A stretch of DNA of 64,000 bases. It comes from Campylobacteraceae bacterium. Its GTDB lineage: Bacteria; Campylobacterota; Campylobacteria; Campylobacterales; JALSKU01. Within the stretch, counting starts at the first letter, position 1; every line of letters begins with the position of its first letter. The stretch is from contig JALWUQ010000054.1 of NCBI GenBank assembly GCA_026993075.1, forward strand, positions 60,676-124,675, given 5' to 3'. Below, one piece after another: positions 30,800 through 40,098 of the stretch. Made by a program: the position numbers and the translations under genes. The notes beneath the pieces were generated by a model that worked only from the letters and a program-made list of their open reading frames with translations, did not search any database and was not told the origin of the DNA.

Positions 30800-32333
30800 T
30801 TAAAACTACCTTAATTTTACTTAAATATATATGTTTTTTACTATCTCTTCGTATTTCTTTGGTACTTATACCATACTTTTTCATCTGGGTTAATGCTTTT
30901 ATCAATTCTGTTATATTTTTATCTTTTCTGCTAAAGACAGACAATACAAGTGTCATATCTTTTTTATTATTTGAAATATCCAAATCATAAATCTTAGAAT
31001 GATATTTATTTATTTGTCTAAATATATTAACCATTATTTCAACTTTCATAGGATAATGAACTTTTTTATTATAAATTTGATTTAACAATTTTTCTCTAAA
31101 ATTTAATTTTTTAGATTCTTTGTTAAGTTTTTTCTGAACAAGTTCTTGTTTTTTGCTCAAAGCTATCAATTGATTTTTGATATTTGTTGCCTCTAAAAAT
31201 AATTTATGCTCTTTTTTATTTAATTGTAAAAGCTGTAGCTTTATAAAATATGCATATCCAAACTGGTAAGCCGGATACGCTAATGATACCAAAAGAGAAA
31301 GTATGAACATTATTGCGATTTTACCGCTTGGTCTTTGTCTAAACGGAGGAGGTCTTTTAAAAATAGAAAAATTTAAACTCTCATCAGGCTCATCAATATA
31401 ATCCAATGCTGTTAAAATCATAAAATTATGTAACTGTTCACTTTTTACTTCTTTTGCATTTTTTGCAATTACAAAATTTAATTCATGGGGTTCGATATCA
31501 ATATAAGTTCTTATATATCTGTCAATATTTTTAAATAAACCAATACTTGAATTTATATATATTCTATTTATATTTTCTATCAAGTACGCCCTTTTGGCAT
31601 AAAAAATAACATCATTTATATATACAAACATTTCTTTATAAAGTTTTATTATAAGTCTTTGGTTTTCTTCTGAAATATTTGACGATCTTCCGGTAAGTAT
31701 GAAATTGGTAAAATCTTCATACTGGATACTTTCACCGGTTATTTCACAAAATTTTTCATGCATTCTTTCGATCGAAAAACTTATTGACTTTGAGTAAATA
31801 TATTCTCCATCGGCATAAATAGCTAAAAAAGCATCTTTTTCTTTAAAATACAAGAAACAATCAACGCTATCTTTTTCTAAAAGATTTTTATTATATAATG
31901 ATTTTAAAAGTAGAGATTCCGGGATAATATAATCAATATACTTTACTTTTTTAGCAACTTCGGCAAATTCTTCTTTAATTTTTAATGTTTCAATAGCAAA
32001 TACATTAAATTTTCTTAAACTGCTATTTTCAAAACCAAAAAATTCTTTATAAAAAACAGTATATTCAACAGCAGGATCAAAGTTTAATTCATCATAAACT
32101 TGTATATCTATTGCACTGTCAAGATCTTCGTCAGGTATATTTCTACTAATCTCAATAGAATCAGTAATTAAATTTTTAGAACTAATAGTAGATATGTAAA
32201 AGTTTTCTTTTTTAAATCCGGAAAGTTTATTTAGCTTAATTTCATTATTTTGAAAACTATATGATTTTAAACTACTTGGATCAATAGTTATTATCGAAGT
32301 ATATCTTTTTTTGCTAATTTGTTTTTTCACCAT
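30786..32333 (-). CDS. PilM-PilN-like fusion (actin-like ATPase fold plus TM plus coiled coil)
   Basis: 515 aa. A ~330-aa cytoplasmic domain is followed by RPPPF, one TM (IAIMFILSLLVSLAY) and a coiled coil. Assignment is by architecture and gene order only. Confidence 0.5.
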   Translation of the reverse strand: MVKKQISKKRYTSIITIDPSSLKSYSFQNNEIKLNKLSGFKKENFYISTISSKNLITDSIEISRNIPDEDLDSAIDIQVYDELNFDPAVEYTVFYKEFFGFENSSLRKFNVFAIETLKIKEEFAEVAKKVKYIDYIIPESLLLKSLYNKNLLEKDSVDCFLYFKEKDAFLAIYADGEYIYSKSISFSIERMHEKFCEITGESIQYEDFTNFILTGRSSNISEENQRLIIKLYKEMFVYINDVIFYAKRAYLIENINRIYINSSIGLFKNIDRYIRTYIDIEPHELNFVIAKNAKEVKSEQLHNFMILTALDYIDEPDESLNFSIFKRPPPFRQRPSGKIAIMFILSLLVSLAYPAYQFGYAYFIKLQLLQLNKKEHKLFLEATNIKNQLIALSKKQELVQKKLNKESKKLNFREKLLNQIYNKKVHYPMKVEIMVNIFRQINKYHSKIYDLDISNNKKDMTLVLSVFSRKDKNITELIKALTQMKKYGISTKEIRRDSKKHIYLSKIKVVLNGSI

Positions 32334-32436
32334 CTCACCACCCGTTTTTCACATATTTCATATTTACTATTCTATATATTTTCGACTTAAACTAACCTTT
32401 AAATAACATATTTTAATAATATATTTTAATAATATA

Positions 32437-33330
32437 TTAACTTTTTACTCTATAACCTATATCGGTTAACAATTTTTTATCTTTACTCCACCCCTGTTTT
32501 ACCGCAACTTCTAGTTTTAAAAAGACTTTTTTCTGACATAATTTCTCAATATTCTGCCTCGCCTGCATGCCTATCCTTTTTATCGATGATCCATTTTTAC
32601 CTATAATTATGCCTTTTTGACTGCTTTTTTCTGTTATTATTTTTGCATAAATTTTTTCAATTTCTATAGATTCTTCTACTTTATCAACTACCACATCACT
32701 CAAGTATGGTATTTCATCACTTAGATTGTCAAACAAAGCTTCTCGTATATACTCTTTGTAAATTTCTTTTAAGTTTTCTGTGGTTAGTATTTCAGGGTCA
32801 TAAAGATATGGATGATTTGGAAGATATTTGAGTATTATATCAAGTAAGACACTCTGCTTTGTTCCTTTTTTAATTGAGATTGGTACTAATTCTAAAAATA
32901 CATTCTGGTATAGATGATACTCTTGCAATTTTTTCAGTAACTTATCTTTACTTATCAAATCCATTTTCGTAAGAAGTACAATATGAGGTCTGTTTTTTTT
33001 ATTTAATTTTAAAAATTCCTTATATTCTGTTATATCATCTTTCACAGAAGCTAAAAATAGTACAAGATCACAATCTCCTATAGCTTTCATGGCTTCTTCG
33101 AGCATAAATTTATTCAGTAACCTTTCTTTGTGATGAATCCCGGGAGTATCAACAAAAATAATTTGTGCATTTTTATGCATTACTATAAAATTCATTCTTT
33201 TTCTAGTAGCATTGGCTTTATGTGAAACCAAAGCCAATTTCTCACCAATAAGCCAATTTAAAAGTGAGCTTTTACCACTGTTTGGCCTACCTGCAACAGC
33301 TATAAACCCTGATTTTTCTTGATTATCTAT
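32437..33330 (-). CDS. era: GTPase Era (start inferred as ATA; the canonical TTG ORF 32437..33237 lacks the P-loop)
   Basis: G1 GRPNSGKSS is encoded at about 33290-33264, upstream of the first TTG. G3 DTPG, G4 TKMD and the KH domain GKNGSSIKRIG follow. Position after hslU matches other Campylobacterota. Confidence 0.85.
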   Translation of the reverse strand: MDNQEKSGFIAVAGRPNSGKSSLLNWLIGEKLALVSHKANATRKRMNFIVMHKNAQIIFVDTPGIHHKERLLNKFMLEEAMKAIGDCDLVLFLASVKDDITEYKEFLKLNKKNRPHIVLLTKMDLISKDKLLKKLQEYHLYQNVFLELVPISIKKGTKQSVLLDIILKYLPNHPYLYDPEILTTENLKEIYKEYIREALFDNLSDEIPYLSDVVVDKVEESIEIEKIYAKIITEKSSQKGIIIGKNGSSIKRIGMQARQNIEKLCQKKVFLKLEVAVKQGWSKDKKLLTDIGYRVKS

Positions 33331-33345
33331 ATCAAATCCTTTCTT

Positions 33346-34671
33346 TTAAAGTATATACCTTGAAGTTTCCTCATCTTCAACCACTTCATCTAACTTTTCA
33401 TGAATTAAATCTTTTGTTACTACTATTTTCTCTCCACTATGTTCATCTGCATCAAAACTTATATCTTCAAGAATTTTCTCAATAACTGTATGAAGTCTCC
33501 TGGCACCTATATCTTCAGTCTTTTCATTTGTCATATGAGATATTTTAGCCATTGATTTTATGGCATCATCTTCAAATACAAGCTCAACATTTTCAGTTTT
33601 CAAAAGTGCTTCATACTGTTTAAGAAGTGAATTTTTTGGTCTAGTTAATATTTGATACAATATATCTTCATCTAACGAACTTAGCTCAACTCTAAGAGGA
33701 AATCTACCTTGAAGCTCGGGTATAAGATCACTTGGTTTTGTAAGGTGAAATGCTCCAGCGGCTATAAAAAGTATATGATCACTTTTAACAACACCATATT
33801 TTGTATTGATACTACTTCCCTCAACTATAGGAAGTAAATCTCTTTGAACACCTTCTTTGCTTGGATCTTGCCTGGAGCTGCTTGTCTGACTGACAGCGAT
33901 TTTGTCTATCTCATCCAAAAAAACAATGCCACCGTTTTCAACTCTTTTCAATGCTTCACTTTTTACCGCATCCATATCAAGCAAATTTTCACTTGCTTCA
34001 TTCTTTAGTATTACTTTTGCATCTTTGATACTGACTTCTTTTTTAATTTTTTCTCTGTTGCTGCCAAGGATTTTTACAAAAGACTCTTGAACTTTTATAA
34101 TTTCAGGTGGCAATGAACTATCACCTCCTTCTCCAAAACTTTTATTTATTTCAATCTCTATCTTAAGATCATCCAATTCTTTATCCCTAAATTTTTTAAG
34201 CATCCTTTTATAACTTTTTTCATAATCATCTCTTTTTTCAGCAGTTGCACCTTTTGGAAGCGGAGGCAAAAGTTTTTCCAAAATCTTTTTTTCTATGTAT
34301 GTTTTTATAGCATCTTTGTTTTTTTCTTTATGTTCACTTTTTACCAGGTTTACTGAAGCAGTTACCAAATCTCTTATCATAGACTCTACATCTCTGCCTA
34401 CAAAACCCACTTCAGTGTATTTACTGGCTTCAACTTTTATAAAAGGCAAGCTTAACATTTTTGCCAATCTTCTTGCAATCTCAGTTTTGCCAACTCCGGT
34501 TGAGCCAATCATTAATATATTTTTAGGCATTATTTCATCTTGCATCTCTTTTGGCAGCTTCATTCTTCTGTATCTGTTTCTAAGAGCTATTGCGATAGCT
34601 TTTTTCGCATCTTTTTGCCCTATGATATATTCATTTAAATATGAAACTATCTCTTTTGGTGTCAAATTCAT
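33346..34671 (-). CDS. hslU: ATP-dependent protease ATPase subunit HslU
   Basis: 441 aa. Walker [16 protein letters not shown] and Walker B VFLDEIDK are present. Confidence 0.93.
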   Translation of the reverse strand: MNLTPKEIVSYLNEYIIGQKDAKKAIAIALRNRYRRMKLPKEMQDEIMPKNILMIGSTGVGKTEIARRLAKMLSLPFIKVEASKYTEVGFVGRDVESMIRDLVTASVNLVKSEHKEKNKDAIKTYIEKKILEKLLPPLPKGATAEKRDDYEKSYKRMLKKFRDKELDDLKIEIEINKSFGEGGDSSLPPEIIKVQESFVKILGSNREKIKKEVSIKDAKVILKNEASENLLDMDAVKSEALKRVENGGIVFLDEIDKIAVSQTSSSRQDPSKEGVQRDLLPIVEGSSINTKYGVVKSDHILFIAAGAFHLTKPSDLIPELQGRFPLRVELSSLDEDILYQILTRPKNSLLKQYEALLKTENVELVFEDDAIKSMAKISHMTNEKTEDIGARRLHTVIEKILEDISFDADEHSGEKIVVTKDLIHEKLDEVVEDEETSRYIL

Positions 34672-35219
34672 TTATTTTCATCCTTATTATCTAAAGTATA
34701 AATATTTATATTATTGTTTGTATATATGCAAAGCTCACTTGCTATTTTCAAAGACTCTCGAACTATCTCTTCACTACTTAGGGATGAATGTTTCTTTAAT
34801 GCCCTTGCAGCAGAAATAGCAAAATTGCCACCGCTTCCAATAGCTGCAATAGTCTTGTCTTCAGGCTCAACAACATCTCCGGTACCACTCAAAATAAAAA
34901 TATGTTTTGTGTTAAGTACAATCATCATAGCTTCCAACCGTCTTAAGTATTTGTCTTTTCTCCACTGTTTTGAAAACTCAATAGCTGATTTTAGCAAATC
35001 TCCTTTTTTTTGTTCAAGAATACCCTCAAACATATCAAAAAGATTAAAAGCATCAGCAGTACTTCCGGCAAATCCGGCCAAAACTTTACCGCTATGTAAT
35101 TTTCTTATCTTAATAGCATTGCCTTTTAAAACCGTATTACCAAAAGTAACTTGTCCATCACCACCTATAACAGCACTGCTTTCGCCTTTTAAAGCAAGTA
35201 TAGTTGTTGCATCAAACAT
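34668..35219 (-). CDS. hslV: ATP-dependent protease subunit HslV
   Basis: 183 aa. The N-terminus MFDATTILA carries the Thr nucleophile, and GSGGNFA is present. It overlaps hslU by 4 nt. Confidence 0.92.
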   Translation of the reverse strand: MFDATTILALKGESSAVIGGDGQVTFGNTVLKGNAIKIRKLHSGKVLAGFAGSTADAFNLFDMFEGILEQKKGDLLKSAIEFSKQWRKDKYLRRLEAMMIVLNTKHIFILSGTGDVVEPEDKTIAAIGSGGNFAISAARALKKHSSLSSEEIVRESLKIASELCIYTNNNINIYTLDNKDENK

Positions 35220-35222
35220 TCT

Positions 35223-35678
35223 CTATTCTCCATCAACTGCAAGATTCAATTTTGCATGTATTCCATGACCTAATTTCAATGATACTTCATAATTGCCTGT
35301 TGCCTTTATAGCTTTATCAATTTCAACACTTTTTTTATCTATATCAAATCCTGTTTGTGCAAGAATTTCTTTTGCAATCTCTTCTTTTGTGACAGAGCCA
35401 AACAAAGAGCCGTTTGCACCTAATTTTCTTTTTACAATTACAGTTTTATTCTTCAAATTTTTCTCTATATCTTTAAGTTTTTTAAGTTCGGCCGCTTGCT
35501 CTTCTTTTATCCTTTTTTGTTCTTCTTCCCACTCTTTAATCACCTCTTTTGTTCCAACTTTAGCAAAGCCCTTTGCAACTAAAAAATTTCTTCCATATCC
35601 ATCTTTTACCTCTTTTATTTCACCAGCTTTTCCTAAATTTTTCACATCTTTTATAAGTAATACTTTCATTTTTAACAC
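35223..35678 (-). CDS. rplI: 50S ribosomal protein L9
   Basis: [30 protein letters not shown] is present. The likely true start is the ATG at 35669 (MKVLL...). Confidence 0.9.
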   Translation of the reverse strand: MLKMKVLLIKDVKNLGKAGEIKEVKDGYGRNFLVAKGFAKVGTKEVIKEWEEEQKRIKEEQAAELKKLKDIEKNLKNKTVIVKRKLGANGSLFGSVTKEEIAKEILAQTGFDIDKKSVEIDKAIKATGNYEVSLKLGHGIHAKLNLAVDGE

Positions 35679-35752
35679 CTTTTATAATTTTACTTGAAAT
35701 TATAGCGAAAAATTGATGATTATTTGGTCATACTATATAGATAAAAAAATAT

Positions 35753-36991
35753 TTATATCATAATATAAAAAATATTATTATTATTTTCATATCTATATCT
35801 TAAAGTTAAATTATGAGTTTCAAGAATATTATGAACAATATAAAGACCTAAACCGAAACTTTGGTTTGCTTTACTACTCTCTTTAAAAAACGGTTCATAG
35901 TATTTTTCCAAAGGATATTTTAGTTTTTCTCCCTTATTTATAAAAGAGATTTTATTGTCTGCGATTTTAATTATTGCCTTTGTTCCTTTTGAGTATTTTA
36001 TAGCATTATCAATAAGATTTTTTATTGCTATACTAAATAGTTTAAAATTTGCTATAATTTTTTTATTTTTAGAAGAATTTTGAATATCTACAAGGTCTCC
36101 CTCTTCAAAAAGTAAATCAAGAGCATTATCCACAATATCAATAACAAAATACTCTTTTTTTATTATCTCCTTTTCAGAGGATATAAGCTCTTCTATAGTA
36201 GCAAATTCATTTATTAGAGTTTCAAGTCTTAAAAATACTCTTTCCATTTTTTCTGTATTTGCACCACTTGAGGGTAATTTTGTAAGAAACCTACCTTTTG
36301 TTATAGGAGTTTTGAGCTCATGCATTATATTTCTTAAAAATATATTTCTTGACTCTTTTAGCTTTTTTAAGTTTTTAATAGCTTTATCAAATTCACTTGA
36401 AAGCACTGATATCTCATCTTTTCCTTTTACTTTATAATCTATATCAAAATCACCCTCACCCAATTTTTTGATTTTGCTTTGTAAAACTTTTAGCGGGTAT
36501 AATTTTCTTATAATTGATATATAAGAAAAAAGTAAAATTATCACAATAATAATTAGTGTAATTAGCATAAATTTAGTATTTCTAACATCCGAATTATTAT
36601 CTCTAAGCAAAAGATGCATCATAGGGTTTTTTAGTGAGATATAGTAATGATTTGCTTTTTGATAAACTCTCATTTTATACATAGGCATCGTGAAATTACA
36701 AACATTATTCATGCGCATTAGATTATATTTAGAAAATTTTTTAGCATCTAATACTTCTATATTCATATTTAAAAGTCTTTTTCTTATATCTTTGGTAACA
36801 ATTCCTCCGTTTAAATGGATTTGATATAAAACCGAGTTAATGATTCTGGAATATTTTCTTTTTAAAAAGTTATTATGAATATTTTCACTATTTTTGATAA
36901 TTACAAAAAAAGTTAAACTAATAAATAACATCGATATTAAAAATATGATAGTAATATTGAAAAAAATAGAATGTCTGTTAATCTTAATCAC
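35753..36991 (-). CDS. sensor histidine kinase (two TM, HAMP-like, HisKA, HATPase_c)
   Basis: 412 aa. The H-box is MHELKTPIT, with N/G boxes NLIDNAIKY and GLGLYIV. It overlaps the response regulator gene by 8 nt. Confidence 0.85.
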   Translation of the reverse strand: MIKINRHSIFFNITIIFLISMLFISLTFFVIIKNSENIHNNFLKRKYSRIINSVLYQIHLNGGIVTKDIRKRLLNMNIEVLDAKKFSKYNLMRMNNVCNFTMPMYKMRVYQKANHYYISLKNPMMHLLLRDNNSDVRNTKFMLITLIIIVIILLFSYISIIRKLYPLKVLQSKIKKLGEGDFDIDYKVKGKDEISVLSSEFDKAIKNLKKLKESRNIFLRNIMHELKTPITKGRFLTKLPSSGANTEKMERVFLRLETLINEFATIEELISSEKEIIKKEYFVIDIVDNALDLLFEEGDLVDIQNSSKNKKIIANFKLFSIAIKNLIDNAIKYSKGTKAIIKIADNKISFINKGEKLKYPLEKYYEPFFKESSKANQSFGLGLYIVHNILETHNLTLRYRYENNNNIFYIMI

Positions 36992-37673
36992 TAAATTTAT
37001 ATCCCATGCCTCTTATAGTTTGAAGATACTTTGGTTTTTTTGGATCCTCTTCTATCTTTTTTCGTATTCTATTTATTATTACAGCTAAACTTCCATCAAA
37101 ATTATATTCTTCATGTTCAAAATTAATTTCATCAAGTAAATCTTCGCGGGAAATTATAAAACCTCTTTTTTGTATAAAAAAAGACAATAAAACATATTCA
37201 GCAGCTGTCAGTCTTATAACTTTTGAATTTTTTCGTATCTCTTTTTTATCTAAGTCCAAAGAGAAGAGATAACTCTCTTTCTCTTTTGGATTTAGATTTT
37301 TTCCAGTTTGTTTTTCATATCTTCTTAATACTGCCTTTATCCTCACTTCCAATTCTCTTGGATCATAAGGTTTTGGCAGATAGTCATCAGCTCCTATTTT
37401 CAGTGAACCTACTTTATCAACAATACTACTTCTTGCTGAAGAGATGATAACAGGAATATCACTTTTTGATACAACTTCTTTACAAACATCAAGCCCATCC
37501 ATCCCAGGAAGTGTAAGATCAAGTATCAGTAAATCATATTTTTTAATACTCAAAGCCCCAAGGCCTATAAAAGGATCTTCAAAATTTTCAATCTCTATAT
37601 TAAAATCTTTCAAATACTCTATAAGCATCGAAGCCAATTCTGCATCATCTTCAATCATAGCAATTTTTATCAA
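36984..37673 (-). CDS. OmpR-family response regulator
   Basis: 229 aa. The receiver reads DLLILDLTLPGMDG and the winged helix reads IRGMGYKF. Confidence 0.88.
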   Translation of the reverse strand: MIKIAMIEDDAELASMLIEYLKDFNIEIENFEDPFIGLGALSIKKYDLLILDLTLPGMDGLDVCKEVVSKSDIPVIISSARSSIVDKVGSLKIGADDYLPKPYDPRELEVRIKAVLRRYEKQTGKNLNPKEKESYLFSLDLDKKEIRKNSKVIRLTAAEYVLLSFFIQKRGFIISREDLLDEINFEHEEYNFDGSLAVIINRIRKKIEEDPKKPKYLQTIRGMGYKFSD

Positions 37674-37678
37674 AATAT

Positions 37679-38257
37679 TTACCTCATCATAATGTGTTTC
37701 GCTTTAATAAGAGTTATGAAATCTTCTTTTTGCTGCTTATTTAAAACTTTAAATATATCACTTAACATTTGTGCCCTTGATTTTATCATATTATCTCTTT
37801 TTGATTCCATAATTTTAATAAATTTATTTTTATTAAAATTATTATTTTTAAAAGCTTCAAAGATTGCATCTTGATTTTGCATATTTTTTTGCATTATTGC
37901 CTTGATACTCTCTTGTTGTTTAGATGAGAGATTGAGTCTTTGAAGCATTGCTCCCATCATTCTTGTGTGCATTTGTCTCATATTTTGCATCATATTCATC
38001 ATACCACCTCGATTCATCATTCCCATTTGTCCCATGTTTTGTTGCATACCCATTCTTTGAGATCGCATTCTTTTGTTTGCATACCCTTGTCTATTCATTA
38101 TGCCCTGACTTTGCATACCTTGTCTATTTATATTTTGCATCATTTGTGAATTACTCATCATTTGATTTCCATCACCATCATTTGCCCCGCCATGAGCTAA
38201 AACCAATGTTGTTGCACTTGCCAATGCAATAGCCCCAATTAATATTTTCTTTTTCAT
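37679..38257 (-). CDS. periplasmic Met/Gln-rich CpxP/Spy/ZraP-like protein
   Basis: 192 aa with a signal peptide. About 22 Met fall within ~80 residues, followed by LTxxQ-like motifs (LNLSSKQQESIKAI, VLNKQQKEDF). Confidence 0.6.
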   Translation of the reverse strand: MKKKILIGAIALASATTLVLAHGGANDGDGNQMMSNSQMMQNINRQGMQSQGIMNRQGYANKRMRSQRMGMQQNMGQMGMMNRGGMMNMMQNMRQMHTRMMGAMLQRLNLSSKQQESIKAIMQKNMQNQDAIFEAFKNNNFNKNKFIKIMESKRDNMIKSRAQMLSDIFKVLNKQQKEDFITLIKAKHIMMR

Positions 38258-38337
38258 CTTAAATCTCCTTTAAAAATTTATAATGAAATTGTATAATCTT
38301 GAAATAAATAGAGTTTTAATGATGTGTTAACACAATA

Positions 38338-39297
38338 TTAACCGATAAAATTTAACATATTCAAAATATGCTGATTTATTATATATTTACTATTTGCAAT
38401 AAAATCAATACTCAATTCTGAAAATTGACCATCTTTATATACAATTACTTTATTTGTATCTAAACCGGCTATAAGTTTGTCAACTGCTTTAACTATAAAT
38501 TCAAATGCCATAAGCCTCTCAAAAACAGTTGGATTACCACCTCTTTGTATATATCCCAAGATACTTTTTCTTGTTTCAAGTCCAAGATTTTCACTTATCC
38601 AATCAACCATAAAATCAGTTTTATCAACTCCCTCAGCAACAAAACACAGTACATAATTTCTGCCGTTATTTATCTGTTTTTTAAGTATATCCTTTGCCAA
38701 ATCAAGATCCAAATCAACCTCAGGTATCAAACAAAGCTCTGCTCCACAGGCAACAGCAGATGTAGCACAAAGATATCCACACTCTCTACCCATAACTTCT
38801 ATAACAAATCCTCTTTTAAAAGTAGATGCGGTATCTCTTATCTTATCACTTGCATCTCTTATAACATTTAATGCCGTATCAACCCCTAAACAATAATCAT
38901 TACCTGCTATATCATTATCTATAGTTGAGGGGATACCCATAAATTTTATATTATATTCTTTACAAAAAACATCCATTGCCCTAAAACTGCCGTCACCTCC
39001 TAAAACAATGAGAGAGTCGATATCATTTTTCAATAAATTTTCATAAGCTTTTTTTCTATAATTTTTTTCATAAAATCTTTGTGATCTTGAAGAGCCTATT
39101 ATCGCCCCGCCTCTATGCAAAATTCCGCTTACATCGTTATGGTATGCTTGTTTTATATTATTATCTATCAAACCTTCAAGTCCATTATATATAAAATACG
39201 GCTTTTCATTTTTCATATATACATAATCAACAAATCTTTTAATGGCGGGATTCATCCCGGGAGCATCACCACCTGAACACATTATAGCTATACCCAT
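38338..39297 (-). CDS. pfkA: ATP-dependent 6-phosphofructokinase
   Basis: 319 aa. SGGDAPGMNPAI, LGGDGS, PSTIDND and MGRECGYL are present. Confidence 0.9.
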   Translation of the reverse strand: MGIAIMCSGGDAPGMNPAIKRFVDYVYMKNEKPYFIYNGLEGLIDNNIKQAYHNDVSGILHRGGAIIGSSRSQRFYEKNYRKKAYENLLKNDIDSLIVLGGDGSFRAMDVFCKEYNIKFMGIPSTIDNDIAGNDYCLGVDTALNVIRDASDKIRDTASTFKRGFVIEVMGRECGYLCATSAVACGAELCLIPEVDLDLDLAKDILKKQINNGRNYVLCFVAEGVDKTDFMVDWISENLGLETRKSILGYIQRGGNPTVFERLMAFEFIVKAVDKLIAGLDTNKVIVYKDGQFSELSIDFIANSKYIINQHILNMLNFIG

Positions 39298-39398
39298 CGC
39301 CTTCTCCTAATTTATTTTCTAAGATTATACAATATTTTTGTTTCAATTTTACACAATTTATAAAAAAAGTAATAACATTTTCATAACATTTCTTTAAA

Positions 39399-39418
39399 TG
39401 CTACGATTTTGCTACGAT
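39399..39418 (+). promoter_or_regulatory. direct repeat TGCTACGAT x2 (11-bp phasing) overlapping the -35 region of the satP-acs promoter
   Basis: TGCTACGAT occurs at 39399-39407 and 39410-39418. TATAAT lies at 39426-39431 and the satP ATG at 39470. Confidence 0.4.
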
Positions 39419-39469
39419 AACTTTATATAATAATTTTGCCGAGAAAAAATTAAACAAGGAGAAAAGAAA

Positions 39470-40063
39470 ATGGAACAAAATGTACAAACATTTAAGCAGG
39501 TTGACACTACTTCAAACCCTGCACCTTTGGGATTGATGGCATTTGGTATGACAACGGTTTTATTGAATTTTCACAATGCAGGCTTTTTTGGATTAGGTTC
39601 AATGATACTTGCTATGGGAATATTTTATGGTGGTTCTGCTCAGGTAATTGCCGGAATTATGGAGTGGAAAAAAGGTAATACTTTTGGAACAATAGCTTTC
39701 ACATCCTATGGCTTTTTTTGGCTTTCCTTGGTAGGTTTGGTAGTTATGCCTAAAATGGGATTAATTGGTGGTGCAAGCCAGATGGCTATGGTCGCATACC
39801 TTGCATTATGGGGACTCTTTACCTTTGGATTATATTTAGGAACATTAAGAATAAATAGAGCATTACAAGTAGTCTTTTTGACATTGGTCATACTTTTCTT
39901 TTTATTGGCTTATGGGGAACTTACAGGTAATGCAACTATTAAACATATAGCAGGATATGAAGGTATTCTTTGTGGCTTGTCAGCCATGTATGCTTCGATA
40001 GCTCAGGTTTTAAATGAAGTTTACGGAAAAGTTGTACTTCCTATTGGACCTGTGCAAAAGTAA
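39470..40063 (+). CDS. satP: acetate/succinate uptake channel, GPR1/FUN34/YaaH (SatP) family
   Basis: 197 aa with six TM and the family signature NPAPLGL. Confidence 0.88.
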   Translation: MEQNVQTFKQVDTTSNPAPLGLMAFGMTTVLLNFHNAGFFGLGSMILAMGIFYGGSAQVIAGIMEWKKGNTFGTIAFTSYGFFWLSLVGLVVMPKMGLIGGASQMAMVAYLALWGLFTFGLYLGTLRINRALQVVFLTLVILFFLLAYGELTGNATIKHIAGYEGILCGLSAMYASIAQVLNEVYGKVVLPIGPVQK

Positions 40064-40098
40064 GTATGATATAATAATAAAAATTTTAAGGAGGCTTT

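Noticed and set aside
33328-33348. Stop-codon read-through producing an HslU-Era fusion, since era is in frame with hslU across a single TAA.
   Set aside because: An SD-like AAGGA with correct spacing to an ATA gives a simpler explanation. The in-frame arrangement has a one-in-three chance, and no read-through context or precedent is known to me.
34295-35697. Long plus-strand ORFs (174, 184 and 134 aa) antisense to hslU, hslV and rplI. Similar antisense ORFs occur at 3801-4175, 25643-25990, 26935-27285, 60533-60976, 61241-61699 and 63508-63855.
   Set aside because: Each lies fully inside a strongly supported gene on the other strand. Their translations are low-complexity (S/F/I/L-rich) with no motifs. 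Such shadow ORFs are expected opposite highly codon-biased genes.
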